Positions 13,173 to 25,270 of a stretch of DNA of 64,000 nucleotides are shown here, one piece after another; position 1 is the stretch's first letter, and each line of letters begins with the position of its first letter. This DNA comes from Felis catus. Its lineage: Eukaryota. The position numbers and the translations under genes are program-made. The notes beneath the pieces are model-generated. The model made no database searches and was not told the origin of the DNA. It saw only the letters and a program-made list of their open reading frames with translations. The DNA lies in NCBI RefSeq assembly GCF_018350175.1, contig NC_058368.1:52950001-53014000 (forward strand), given 5' to 3'.

Positions 13173-14632
13173 TCATATGTTAAATTTAATATCTGTTTTT
13201 GTTTTGTTTTGTTTTGTTTACCCCTGTTCCTTTTTCTATTTTTAAATGGGTCATAAGTGATTTGAGCTAGAAATCTGAATGCTTATTCTCAAAGAGTTCT
13301 TAACCTGGAGTTGCACATTGTAATCATGGCATCTCTAGAGTTCACCAGTGAATCAGTAACGGTGCCTGCCTAATAAGCGCTGAAAGAACGACTTGCAAAA
13401 AATGAAACGAAACCAAACCAAACCAAAATCTCTGCATCGGGAGTCAGACCTTCCTGTGATGTTTATGAAACTTCCAGCACAGCTTGGTTTTCAATATTGG
13501 AGGGTCATCAAGTAACCCATTTTTCCTTATCTGGGAGCAGCCATCCCCTTCCTACTCCCGGATAATGTGCCTAACTCAGCGCATCTAACTCCTCTGACCC
13601 ACAATGTCATTACTGTTTGTATACTAAGCCTTAGCACACACAGCAGTCTGCTTTCCACAAAATCAGTGAGCTCGGAGACTCACTGGATTCACCACCTACG
13701 TTCCTCAGTATTTTTATTCAGTTTTCCATTTCCTTTTCACCTCATCTTCATGTCCACTTTTCCATCTCGGTAGGTGAGCAGTTAGCAGCACTCTGAAATA
13801 AGTAGAAAATCTTTCAGGTTCCCCGATTCTCTGTGGGTGGCACAAGAGGGCTGTGTTGCTGGATGCAACCCACACTTAATTGCTGCCAAATTCGGAGCCA
13901 CAGACATGGCCGTGAACATCCATAGGCAGATGTGATGGATAGCTACTCCGGCGGTCCGCTCGCTCATCCATCTCTGTAGGGAAACGACAGTGATCGCTGC
14001 AGAGTGGAGCTGACATCAGCAGAAATGACCGCAAGACTCAGATGAAAAGGCAGCAGAATAAGGGATCTGCTCTCTGAGGCCTTTTGTGAATGAAGGCAAT
14101 TCTAGTCACTTTGGTCCAGACACTTTGCAGATCTCTCAGTGCGAAGAAAATGGCACATCTCTAGGGGTAGGCGGCCATAAAAGTTTAGCAGAGCCAATAG
14201 GTCAAGAATATTGATTATCTAACTTTCCTCACGTTCTGAAAGATGGAAATTTAAACTGAGGCAAACTATCTCCACACCAATCCATCGGATGTTTGGGTCT
14301 ATTTTATGGATTGGAACATTATTATTGAATAAAGCTTCCACTGTGCCTACAGCAAAGCCAATGAAAGTGACACAGCTCTTACCCTCTGGAACATACAACC
14401 TTGATATAATTTTGCTTTGAACACAAATTTTAAGTACAAATGTGGGTAGCAGTCTCAGGTAATGTATATGATTAAAAGAGTAACTTTGTAGATAATGGGT
14501 TATCTCAAAAGTGTGATTCTATGATGAATGTAATTCTATATGAGGGTGATAGTGGATAGAGGATCTTGTAGTGCCATGTATCATCAATTAACAGTAGAGG
14601 TAATATCAACATTACATACATCTTCTACTCTT

Positions 14633-14778
14633 GCAGTGGATTGAATACTGTCCCCCAAAATATATGTCTACCTGGAACCTCAGAATGTGACCTTATTTGG
14701 AATATGGATCTTTGCAGGTTCAATTAATATATAGACCTTGAGATGAGATCATCCTGGATTTAAATGGGTCCTAAATGT
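14633..14778 (+). mobile_element. MaLR MLT1 LTR 5' fragment
   Basis: TGCAGTGGATTGAATACTGTCCCCCAAAA..CTCAGAATGTGACCTTATTTGGA. Confidence 0.75.
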
Positions 14779-14794
14779 CTCATATATTTACAAA

Positions 14795-15178
14795 TATATT
14801 TATTTTAAAGGAACTGGTTCATAAGATCATGGGGGCTGGCAAGTCCAAGGTCCATAGGCCAAGCTATCAGATTAAAAATTCAGGTAAGAGTTGGTACGAT
14901 AGTCTTGAATCCACAGGCTAGAAACTCAGGAGAATTTCTGTGCTGCAGTCTGGAGGTCAAATTCCATCTTCTTCAGGAAACTTCAGTCTTTGCTCCTAAG
15001 GTCTTAAGCTGATAGGATGAGGCCCACCCTTATTATGGAGGATCATCTGCTTTATTTAAAGTCAACTGATGGTTAATCACATCTTTAAAAAAAACCTTCA
15101 TAGCAACAACTGCAGTATGTTTGACCAAACAACTGCTCACCATAGTGTAGCCAAGTTGACACTTAAAATTCACCACTG
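14795..15178 (-). mobile_element. ERVL MLT2-type LTR
   Basis: GGGGGCTGGCAAGTCC..GATGAGGCCCACCC..TTTGACCAAACAACTG..GCCAAGTTGACAC. Confidence 0.8.
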
Positions 15179-16011
15179 CAGATGTCTGTCAGACATCTTG
15201 AACTTAACAGAACCCCTGTCAGTCCTCTAAAATAAGCTTCACCTCAACACTTTCTAACATCTGTCGAAAATATTGAAAAAAATATTGAAGTCATCTTAGG
15301 TTTCGTTCTTCCTTCATCATTATAAATATAGATATTTATCAACAGGTTGAATATTTATAGCAAGTCTATTACCTATAAGATATTGAAGATCTGACCTCTG
15401 CTCACTACCTTCTTGCTATCATAGTAGACAAATCTTCTCTCACCTGGATTTCTTCAGTAGCCTCTTAACTAATCCCTTCTGATCCATTATTGTCACAGAG
15501 GCCAGAAATATATATCAATTAAAAAGGTCATCTAGAGAGAGAGAGAGAGATTGAGAGGTAGGATCCCCTCCAAGTATAAGATCCCACAGTGGCATCCATT
15601 GCCATCAGAATAATACCCATCTTCTTCACCCTGGCCTACAAGACCCCACATGATCTAACTAACTCTTGCCTACTTTTCAAACACAGTTTATACAGTGCTC
15701 TCTTACAACCAGGTTGCCCATGCTTTTGGTCTCCTGTCTTTTATTCTTTTTCCTGAACATGGTCTCTAGTCTTTATACTTACTCTTCCCTGTTGCTGGAA
15801 TTCTTTTTCGTCAAATATTCTTGTGTTTCTTTCTGAGATTTTTGCTTATTCCTTTGATAGAATAGTTATCAGACCAAACTTCCTACCAGAACAAGTATAT
15901 GAAAGCCAAGGGAGCGGGGACCCAATAATTGAAGGAATAAGAAAACAACCAAGGCAACCAGGACACCAGGAGCCAAGACCACAGAGAGAAGGAAAGTATA
16001 TGGAAAGAGTA

Positions 16012-16616
16012 TGTATTAGTCTTCTCTGGCTGCCATAACAAAATACTATATACTGAGTGTCTTTTATTTTTTTTAATTTTTTTTTAACTTTTATTTATTT
16101 TTGACACAGAGAGAGAGCATGAATGGGGGAGGGTCAGAGAGAGAGGGAGACACAGAATCCGAAACAGGCTCCAGGCTCCGAGCGGTCAGCACAGAGCCCA
16201 ACGCAGGGCTCGAACTCATGGACTGCGAGATCATGACCTGAGCTTAAATCGGACACTCAACCGACTGAGCCACCCAGGCGACCCGTATACTGAGTGTCTT
16301 AAACAACAGAAATCTATTTCTCACTGCTCTGGAGGCAAAGTTTAAGATCAAGGTGAGGACTGATTTGGTTCCTGGCAGGACTCTCTTCCTAGCTTGCAGA
16401 TGGCCACCTTTTCCTTGTGTCCTCACATGGTGGAGAGAGGTGGTGAGGGAGGGAGAGAGAGATATCTTCTTGTAAGGTCACAAATCCTATCAGATTAAAG
16501 GTCAACCCTTATGAAATCATTTAATGTTGATTACATCCTGAAAGTCCTATCTTCATAGATAGGGGGTTAGAGCTACAATATATGCATTTGGAGAGGACAC
16601 AGTTCAGACCATAGCA
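16012..16616 (-). mobile_element. MaLR MLT1 LTR interrupted by a SINE
   Basis: TGTATTAGT..GCTGCCATAACAAAATAC..AAACAACAGAAAT..GACACAGTTCAGACCATAGCA. Confidence 0.85.
16064..16284 (-). mobile_element. CAN-SINE
   Basis: TSD TATACTGAGTGTCTT at 16049-16063 and 16286-16300. Confidence 0.96.
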
Positions 16617-17601
16617 GAGGGCAGTATTTTCTAGTGGTTTCCCCTTGAGACATTTGCTCATTTGTGGCACGAGTTCACAAGTCTGGGTAAAAAGCAGTGG
16701 CTTGAAGCATTCAGCAGCCCTCATGAGAACTGGGAAACAAAAACTGTAGTTCATCGCTGCTAAGGCCGGCAGAAACAAGGGGTGCAGATCTTGGAGATGA
16801 CAGAACTTCAGAGATGTGAGCTCAACTTGCTTGGCTACTTTCTTCTTCAAGGTTTTTCAATTGCAGTAGTGGAAAGCTGTAGAAGCCAAGAATAAAATGC
16901 CAGCAAGACAGTAAAAATCTGAGTAGGCCCTTAGTTTCACAGTCCTAGGGAGACAAAATTTGTTCTGGGGACCTGCCAAGGTGGTGGATCCCTATTAAAC
17001 ACTTCATTCTTTCAATGGAAGCCCCTAAAAGGCTATGCCCTAAAAGCGAAGGCAAAGCAAAACTGGACAAGCCCCCATAAAGCCTGAAACTCTGGCCTCA
17101 ATCATCTCAACCCTTTATCGGATCAAGGTGGCCTGTTTCTACTGCAAACACCTACCAGTTTTTTTTGTTTGTTTGTTTGTTTTTTTTAATTGTAGAATAC
17201 CAGAAGACTTGTAATGAAAAATAGCCTCCGCTATATTTTTCGCTATGCACAGGACATCATCCCAGAGGCCACCACTGTTAACCCTTTTAGGTATTTAATA
17301 TTTACCCTTATATATATCTGTAAGCAACATGCTCATATTGCTAATTCTTTATCAGTTATCTACTTAACTTCCTGTTGTGGTAGCTGAAGAGTTTTTGGAC
17401 TTCTCTTTCTCACAGATTTGTGATGTTTCAGTTAAAATCCATAGACAATGTTTACATTATCATGAAATGTGAATACCGCTCTTTCCAGAGTCAAGGAGTA
17501 TACCTGGATAATGTTTCTTTCTAGTTCAACTTTTATTTTTCCTTGAGTAACAAGTGCATCATTTTTTTTTTTCGGTTTTCTGTAAATACAACACGTTTAT
17601 T

Positions 17602-17827
17602 GTTTTAAATTTTTTTTAATTTACATTTATTTATTTTTGAGATACAGAATGAGGAAGAGCATGAGCAGAGGAGGGGCAGAGAGAGGAGACACAGAATCTG
17701 AAGCAGGCTCCAGGCTCCGAGCAAGCATTCAGCACAGAGCCCGATGTGGGGCTAAAACTCACGAACCGTGAGATCATGACCAGAGCCGAAGTCAGACACT
17801 TAACCGACTGAGCCACCCAGGAGCCCC
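17602..17827 (-). mobile_element. CAN-SINE
   Basis: SINE body; TSD AACAC(G/A)TTTATT. Confidence 0.95.
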
Positions 17828-18023
17828 CAACACATTTATTTTGACCAGATCCTCCAATATATCTTTCTAATGTGCATTAATGCATTCTCAGAATAGCCAA
17901 AAGACAATGTATTCTTCCCTTTGGAGACGACATCACTCGCACAGCCCTATGGTTTCATCTCATTGTTCTCTGGCCTTGCTGCAAAGCTGTCGATTTATTC
18001 TGTGAAATTCTGATGATCATCTT

Positions 18024-18272
18024 TTTTTTTTTTTTTTTAATATTTTTAATGTTTTTTTAAATTTATTTTTGATACAGAGAGAGAGAGAGAGAGAGAGAGA
18101 CAGAGCATGAGCGGGGGTGGGGCAGAGAGAGAGGGAGACACAGAATCTGAAGCAGGCTCCAGGCTCTGAGCTGTCAGCACAGAGCCCGACGCGGGGCTTG
18201 AACTCACAGACCGCGAGATCATGACCTGAACTGAAGTCAGACGCTCAACCAACTGAGCCACCCAGACGCCCC
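18024..18272 (-). mobile_element. CAN-SINE
   Basis: TSD AAATTCTGATGATCATCTT at 18005-18023 and 18274-18292. Confidence 0.97.
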
Positions 18273-21200
18273 AAAATTCTGATGATCATCTTAATGTGTG
18301 ATCCTGATGTACTTCTTCACTTTCTTGGAGCACATGGTCAGTATTTTACTAAGAAAATCCTGTTACATGTAAAATCATCTTTAGATCACTCTCGGACACG
18401 ATTGGTTTAACAATTCTAATATGGGAATCATTTTCCATCAGAATCCTAAAAGCACTGTACTTTCGTCTATTGGCTTCCTGTGTTGCTATTGAGAAGTTGA
18501 TGCAGCATTGTTCTTGATCCTTTCCATATAATTTTCATCACCTCTGTCTGTCTCTGTCTCTCTGTCTCTCTCCCTCCCTACTTGAAATATCACTCTATTC
18601 CAGGGTTCTAAAGTTCCATAGTGCTGGGCCTTGGTTAAGTTTGTGCTTGTTGATTTTCTTTTTCACATTTTGTATTGGAGAACTGGTAGACCATTTCAAT
18701 TTAGAAACTCATGTTTAACAGTATGGAGAAAATTTTTTATTTATTATTTAATTGACAATTTCTTTTCCTCAGTGTTTTTGATTTTGCTTATCCTGGACCT
18801 CCTCTATATAACCTGTTACTACTCTTCTAATTTCTGATTTTCTTAGCTAATTTCTCATAATTTTGGTTTGTTTGGCTTCTTTATGCACTCTGAGTGATAG
18901 CCTTGTATTTATCTTCTAACTCTTATGGTCCATTTGCCATTTGGGCTATTTGATTTTTAATTTCCACAAGCTCTTTCTGGATATCTAGGAGTTTTATTTC
19001 ATGAGAGTAATACGTACTTATCTCTGTGAGGATATTAACTTAAGTTTCTTCTTATCTCAGTATGCATTGTCCAGATTTCTTTGTTCTGCTTATTTGTTCT
19101 TATGTTGTCTTTGTTCATTTTTTGCCTTTTCATTTTGGAGGCGATCCTTGGTAGCCATTTGTTCATACTTCATAGACAGAGCTACAGAGCTGACTGAGAA
19201 CACTGCTTGCATGAGTGAGTCTGGCCAACGTCCTTCTGTGGTGACTAGGCTGCAGCTTGACTTTCTCATGTTGACAGTTCCCACTCATCAGTATCTAGAA
19301 GCACTGTCTTTGTGGAATTTCAAGGTCTCCAGGAAAAATCCAAGAATGAGAGGTGGAGGGGAGGAAACGGTGTATGTCCAACCACAGGGAATCTGGGAAC
19401 AGGACTGGGGAACAGGGTGGGGGAGGGGCACCCACCCGAGACTGTATGGAAATCCACTTTTCCACCTCTCAGCTCCCAGCTTCACCCTGCCCGTATCCGC
19501 GCCCCACGCCTATGGTGTTTTACTAGCTGGATTTATTCAATGACTTAGCTTTCAGTTTGTGTCTCAGGATGGCAGAGAGAAGTAGTGACTCGGTTCCACG
19601 GGGCAGGGGTGGTGAGCCAGAGAAGCAAATCCTCTGTCTATAGAGTTTCAGTCAACCTTGGTTTTTTTCATCTGTCTCACTCTTCTACTTTCCTAAGACT
19701 GGGTGTCCCCAGGGCCTGTTCTGCGGGGTATGTTGGTTTTGTTTCCTTTCTATTCTTTCTATTCTATTCTGTTCTATTCTATATTTATAAAATCTCTCCT
19801 AGCCACTATTCATGGATTTTTAACAGGTTTTCTTGTAAAACCTGCATGCATTGTGGACATTTGCCTCTTTTTATCTTTCAAAAATCTCTTGAAATTTCCT
19901 GTCCTCTACTGCCTCTTGTCCCATTCTCTTTGTCTTTGTGGCTCTGTTCCTTCTTAAAACAATACTATTACTGTCATGTGAGGTCTGTTCTACAAAGGAG
20001 AGGAAATAAAACTGTATCATCAACCCGTCATTTCTCCCATTCACCGTATCCTTATAATAATATCTGTGAAACATCACGAGGCAACTACGTTCAAAGGAAA
20101 GATCTTGAGTTTAGGGTTAAACCTACCTGTTTCAAACACCAGCTCTGCTACTTAGTGAGTGTGTGGCTTTTCCCCCCACCCCCCTCAACTCTCCTGCCAT
20201 GTCACGCCAAGATGCCTAGGAACACACTGGCTGAAAAGCATCCATCAAGTTGGTAATTAGAAGGTCTTCAGTGACCTTGACCAGAGTAGTTTCATAGAGT
20301 GGCAAGTGCAAAAGTCGGGCTGCACTGGGATTTATCCATTAATTATGCTTCCGTCTGCCAGTGTGTGGCTTCTCAGGCACAGTTTCTAGTAAAGCTGTGA
20401 GTTACCTGCACCTTTTGGTCTCTGCTTACTTTGCCAGCTGCTTTAGCACTTTAAATGTGCTGCCACGTGTATGCATGCTTTTCCTTCAAGGCTCATATAA
20501 GCCAGCTGTTGCAACAAGCTTCAAATGCTCCCTGCAAACTGGCAGGAGTCTGAATGCCCTCGCAGCTCCAAAGGGACCAGGTACAAGCAGTGTAGCAGGA
20601 AAATTGCTTTGGGAAGGCAACGTAGAAGAGAGGGTCTGAGGACGGAGCATCTCAGCATAGGAAAAAAAATGCCCCCTTGCCAATCATATACTTGGAGAAA
20701 AAATATGGAGCAAGAGAGAAGAGGAAGAAGCCCCTCTTAGTCTTTTTGGCAAGCGAGGCTGCGAGCCCCATGTAATTAGTGCCGGTCTTCCGTCAGGACT
20801 CTAACCCTAGCGAAGCTGCTGGTGAAAGAGATGTGTGGCCAACGGAGGGCAGAAACGGGGAAAGCAGATCGCTTAGGATTTCTTGCACCTAACTCTTCTG
20901 CAGCAGGCGATCTCTTCCCACACGGAAGTGCGCTTCTGACCTTCAGAGAAAGAAATTCTGTAAGGGACCATTTCCGGAAGGCTTAGATTGCAGTTTTACA
21001 AACACTCCCAGGCCTCCTTCCTGGGGCCCTAAGTTTTCGACAGTGTTTTGTTACCTCAATTGCAATGTTGTTTGTTTGTTTGATGGTTTTACTACACAAC
21101 CCATTTTCGTAAACGGCAGCCCAGCTGCACACACTGGTGGAAAACGAGCTGAAACAAAAATGCCATTACTTATTCTGTTCGGAAAAGAACTGAAAATTCT

Positions 21201-21769
21201 GGGGACCGGGGAACAGTAAAATGAGAAGCTAAAAAAATACTTTTTAAGCATAGAAGTTCAATGCCAATGTTGGGATCTTTGTACCCGAGGAATAATTCCT
21301 ATAAATCTTTCTTGTCTTACAGAGCAAGGACTCATATATAATGTGATCTAATTGAAGTTTATTCTACTGACTTTTAAAAATAATTCTTAATATTGCTTAT
21401 ACAATTCTCCTAGAATGTGCTCATTTTAATCATCCGTCAGCATTTTATTATATTATAATCCTTAATTGATTGACGTTTAATCACAGTCTTTGTATTTTAC
21501 TATCCCTTGTCTCATAAGAGGCAATTTTCTCTTTACTGTAGTTTAACAGCTGATGAAAAAGATTTAAGGAAACCTATAAACTTAAGATTGGTTAATGGTC
21601 CCTTATAAAAGAATATTACACTTCGAGGATCCATTGCACAGATGTGATACTCAATTGTAGAAATGTGCATGGGGTTTATTAAATTACAGCACAAATCTTC
21701 GGTCTTCTGAGTTATTGTCCATGTTGGTATTGTTAGGCAAATGGGGAGACACATTATTGCTTCCAGTTG

Positions 21770-22000
21770 TTCACATTACTGTGGTGTCCTGCCGGCGGAG
21801 ACAGCTGGCGCAGCGCCGTGGGCGGACGCAGAGAGCCTCAGCAGCTGCCGAGAACAGGGCCTGGGTGAAGGTCCAGCGCCGCTGAGTCAGGGCTGGGTGG
21901 CTCCTCGAAGGTGTCCAGGACGTGGAAAATAAATACACCCACCAAACTGGCTGTCAGAGAGGGAAGGAGGGGGGGAGCAGGGAGAGGGAGAGAATACTTC
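21770..22000. promoter_or_regulatory. CpG-retaining putative enhancer or exon
   Basis: Local CpG cluster, two CAGCTG E-boxes, AP-1 TGAGTCA 21883-21889, purine tract 21955-21993. Confidence 0.4.
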
Positions 22001-22561
22001 GTATGTGAATTTCTCTTTCCGGATTATTTCTGGATTTTAAGACTCCGTGGAGGGCCCTGAATACCTTGGAGAACTAATTGCTAAAAAATGGCCTCTGGAC
22101 TTCTTTAATGGGCAGGACCTTAGCTGTTGTTGTTTTTTATCCAAGTTAAGGTGGTATTGGGTTTTTTGTTTTTGTTTTTGTTTGCTTTTGGTACTTGTGG
22201 TAGTGCTATATTTGAATGTACGGGAAGATAACAGGCAGGTGGAAACAGCTTGGACTTTGGGGGTCTGACCCCCCCCCCCACCACCAATTATCTCTGTGAT
22301 ATTGGATAACCTATCCAACTTCCCGGAGCCTCATTTTTTTTCTCCTCTGAGATGTGGGTAATGATGTCTATCCTTCAAGGATTCGAAGTAATAGATATAA
22401 GTGCTTAGCACAGTGTGTTGGAGTCAGTAAGTTCACAGTAACTGATAGCTATTTTATTAGTGCTGGGATTGTGATTTCTAGATAAAACCAAAGTTCGTTA
22501 CAGTTTACATAGAGATCTGAGCGAAGATTTCTCACACCCACATCTTTAAAAATACTATCTC

Positions 22562-22795
22562 GGGGCGCCTGGGTGGCGCAGTCGGTTAAGCGTCCGACTT
22601 CAGCCAGGTCACGATCTCGCAGTCCGTGAGTTTGAGCCCCGCGTCAGGCTCTGGGCTGATGGCTCAGAGCCTGGAGCCTGTTTCCGATTCTGTGTGTGTC
22701 TCTCTCTCTGCCCCTCCCCTGTTCATGCTCTGTCTCTCTCTGTCCCAAAAATAAATAAACGTTGAAAAAAAATTTTTTAAATAAATAAATAAAAA
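22562..22795 (+). mobile_element. CAN-SINE (young SINEC_Fc type)
   Basis: GGGGCGCCTGGGTGGCGCAGTCGGTTAAGCGTCCGACTTCAGCC; TSD TAAAAATACTATCTC at 22547-22561 and 22796-22810. Confidence 0.97.
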
Positions 22796-22849
22796 TAAAA
22801 ATACTATCTCAGAGTTCCACCTGAAAACAGAAGCGCTTGGTGGCCTAGG

Positions 22850-23055
22850 TTAGGTTCTTGAGTCATGTGATGGTTTAAATCTATCCGGTCTCTGGCAAGT
22901 TTAAGTTTTCCTCAAGCCTTAGTTTTCTCATCTGTAGAATGGGAATATAATATCACTTACCCAATAAAATTGTTCTGAAAATTAATCAAGTTCACATAAG
23001 TATATTATTTAGCATAGTATGTACCAAACAATTAGCATTTAATAAACATTAGCTT
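22850..23055 (+). mobile_element. MIR fragment
   Basis: GCCTTAGTTTTCTCATCTGTAGAATGGGAAT. Confidence 0.6.
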
Positions 23056-23763
23056 CCATTCTCCACACAGTTACATTTTGCATTTGGAATGTCAGTTTAT
23101 GAATTGGGTTCCTAACAGTAAGATATCTAAACCTTACCCCATTATGTCTGTTGTTAATTGCATTGTCTAAGGCCTGTTTGTATTGAAAGTCTATCTAGAT
23201 GCCCTCTGCTTAGTCTGTTCTCCAGGTGGCCTGAAAATTTTAGCTGTTTAAAAAAAACAATGAGGCATGATTGTTGTTATCTAATAAATACTCACTCATC
23301 TAACATTTATTGACCGAATGATTAGAAATAGGGCTGGGTTCGCAGCACACAAGAATGAATATGACAAAACCCCTTCCTTCAAGGAATATATGGTCTAGTA
23401 GGGGGAGAATCCCATGTACGTAATTAAAGGTGGAAAATGTCATTGCTATGTAAGATGCTTATGTAGGCTACCATAGCGTCTAGGAATAAAATTGAAGTCC
23501 ACATAGGCTGGAGTGGACAAACAGGAAATTCATGTATTCAGTCACTATTTGTTAAGTGCCTACTGTGCACCAGACGCTAGCGGTCTGAAGGATCCCCCTC
23601 CAGGAAGGTCTGTTCCCACCATCCCATTGAGATAATCTGAGTAAGGTCACTCTCAATACCTCCTTGCCCAACATAACGGGAAGCATGCATTTGATAAAGT
23701 TGAGCACTCCTTCCTTTGGGGAACTTTCTTTTCTAGAATGCTCTTACCTAGTGGGTAGTACTT

Positions 23764-23956
23764 TTTTTTAAGGTTTATTTATTTTTGAGAGAGAGAGTGT
23801 GCAAGCGGGGGAGGGTCAGAAAGAGGGGCACAGAGGATGCAGAGCAGGTTCTGAGCTGTCAGCACAGAGCCTGATGAGGGGCTAGAACTCACGAACTGTG
23901 AGATTATGACCTGAGCGGAAGTTGGACGCTTAGCCGACTGAGCCACCCAGGTGCCC
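23764..23956 (-). mobile_element. CAN-SINE
   Basis: SINE body; TSD GTGGGTAGT(A/G)CTTT. Confidence 0.94.
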
Positions 23957-24167
23957 GTGGTGGGTAGTGCTTTTCAGCTTCCTCTGAAGCCTTCTGGGCC
24001 TCTGCTCCATCTCTAAATGATTGACAACTGCAGCTATTGCTATTTGACGTGATCAGTGCCTGTATTTGTTTACTTGTTTAGCACTCCCTCCCTTTACCCC
24101 TGTCTTCCTTGTCCTTAGAATATTGCCTGGCACATACCAGCTCAGTAAATCTTGGTTGACTTTATTT

Positions 24168-24171
<4 letters not shown>

Positions 24172-24214
<43 letters not shown>
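24172..24214. repeat. (GA)n microsatellite
   Basis: Seen directly. Confidence 0.95.
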
Positions 24215-24217
<3 letters not shown>

Positions 24218-24284
24218 CTCACTGTTTGAGGAGTCAGTTATATATATAGGTAATTATAATACAACAATTGCAGTAAATTGCAGC

Positions 24285-25270
24285 TACTCGGGGAAACGCT
24301 CTCAGCTGCGGCTAAACGGAGGCTTCGGTGTGGAGCTGGGTGAGGGTTTGTAGTCCAAGGGAGCATGCGGGAAGCAGGACCAGCGTGGCCCATCGGGAGG
24401 GAAAGCGCGGGAAGGTAGGCACGGCAGCCACGCGGGCCACATGTTTCTTATTAAAATTTGTATTTAATTCTTATGTTCTTCTCGAATCTATTTCGGGTGG
24501 TGTCCACTGACATGAACTGTAGACGCCACCATGAGAGGTTCACGGGCGCACCTCGCGAAGCGCTCTGAGCTGAGCACGTGTAAGTCCCCGAGGCCAGTGC
24601 GCGCGCAGGCGCATGCGCGTCACACGCGCCGGTTTCGGCTTTGCCTTCTCCCGCCGCCAGCCGCTGCCCTCTCTGCAGAAGACAAGGTGATGGCCAAGAC
24701 CTCGCCTCCTTTCCCTTGCCCGCAAACATTTCACCGCTAAACTGCTCTCTGTCTCTGTGAGTTAAGGATGAGGAACGAAAAAGAAAGAGGTAGAAACAAC
24801 CTGGCCTCTCTAGTCACTTTGTTTGAAAGATCAATCAGTTCCCTATGAGAAATTTTCTGGGATGGGAACCAACGTAGCTGACATCCAAAAGCAGCGTCTC
24901 CACTACGGGCTCTGACGGCGATGCCCCATTAGCTGTCAGCAGTAATCACCCTTACATCCTCTTTCCAGGCCTCCCGCTATGAGGGGACGCCATTACACTC
25001 TCCCTGTCTAGTTGCAAAGCACTCGACGACAGACACACAAACAGACCAAGCCGAGCGGCGCTGCGAGCACGTCCCTGGCACAGGGGCCTCTCCGGCAGGT
25101 GTGCGCTAACTCACCTGCGCGGCAGTTGGCACCGGCCATCGGGACCCGTCCCCGGGCACCCCCTTGAGGAATTTGTCTCCACCTAGATGTGAACAAGACA
25201 GCAAGCCGCTGCTGCAAAGGCGGGGGTCTCTCGATTAGCTAATGGCAGGAGTATCTGCTACTTCGGCTTC
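24285..25270. promoter_or_regulatory. CpG-island-like promoter region
   Basis: Highest non-repeat CpG density in the window by eye; perfect NRF1 palindrome GCGCATGCGC 24609-24618 overlapping GCGCAGGCGC 24603-24612; CACGTG 24575-24580; CTCGCGA 24552-24558; ACTACAAACCC (minus) 24344-24354. Confidence 0.7.

Larger units (their letters stand above)
17200..19200 (-). mobile_element. Old L1/HAL1 ORF1-region fragments (interrupted by two SINEs)
   Basis: T-rich antisense L1-like sequence, e.g. TGTTGCTATTGAGAAGTTGATGC; boundaries approximate. Confidence 0.5.

Noticed and set aside
19001..20256. 180-aa and 223-aa ORFs
   Set aside because: F/L/S/C-rich composition from T-rich old repeat or low-complexity DNA; no recognisable domain.
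21850..21880. WTFTQALF peptide resembling K2P channel pore-helix motif
   Set aside because: No following TxGYG selectivity filter and no other exons; chance similarity.
22562..22640. tRNA-like A/B boxes in SINE heads
   Set aside because: Part of tRNA-derived SINEs, not tRNA genes.
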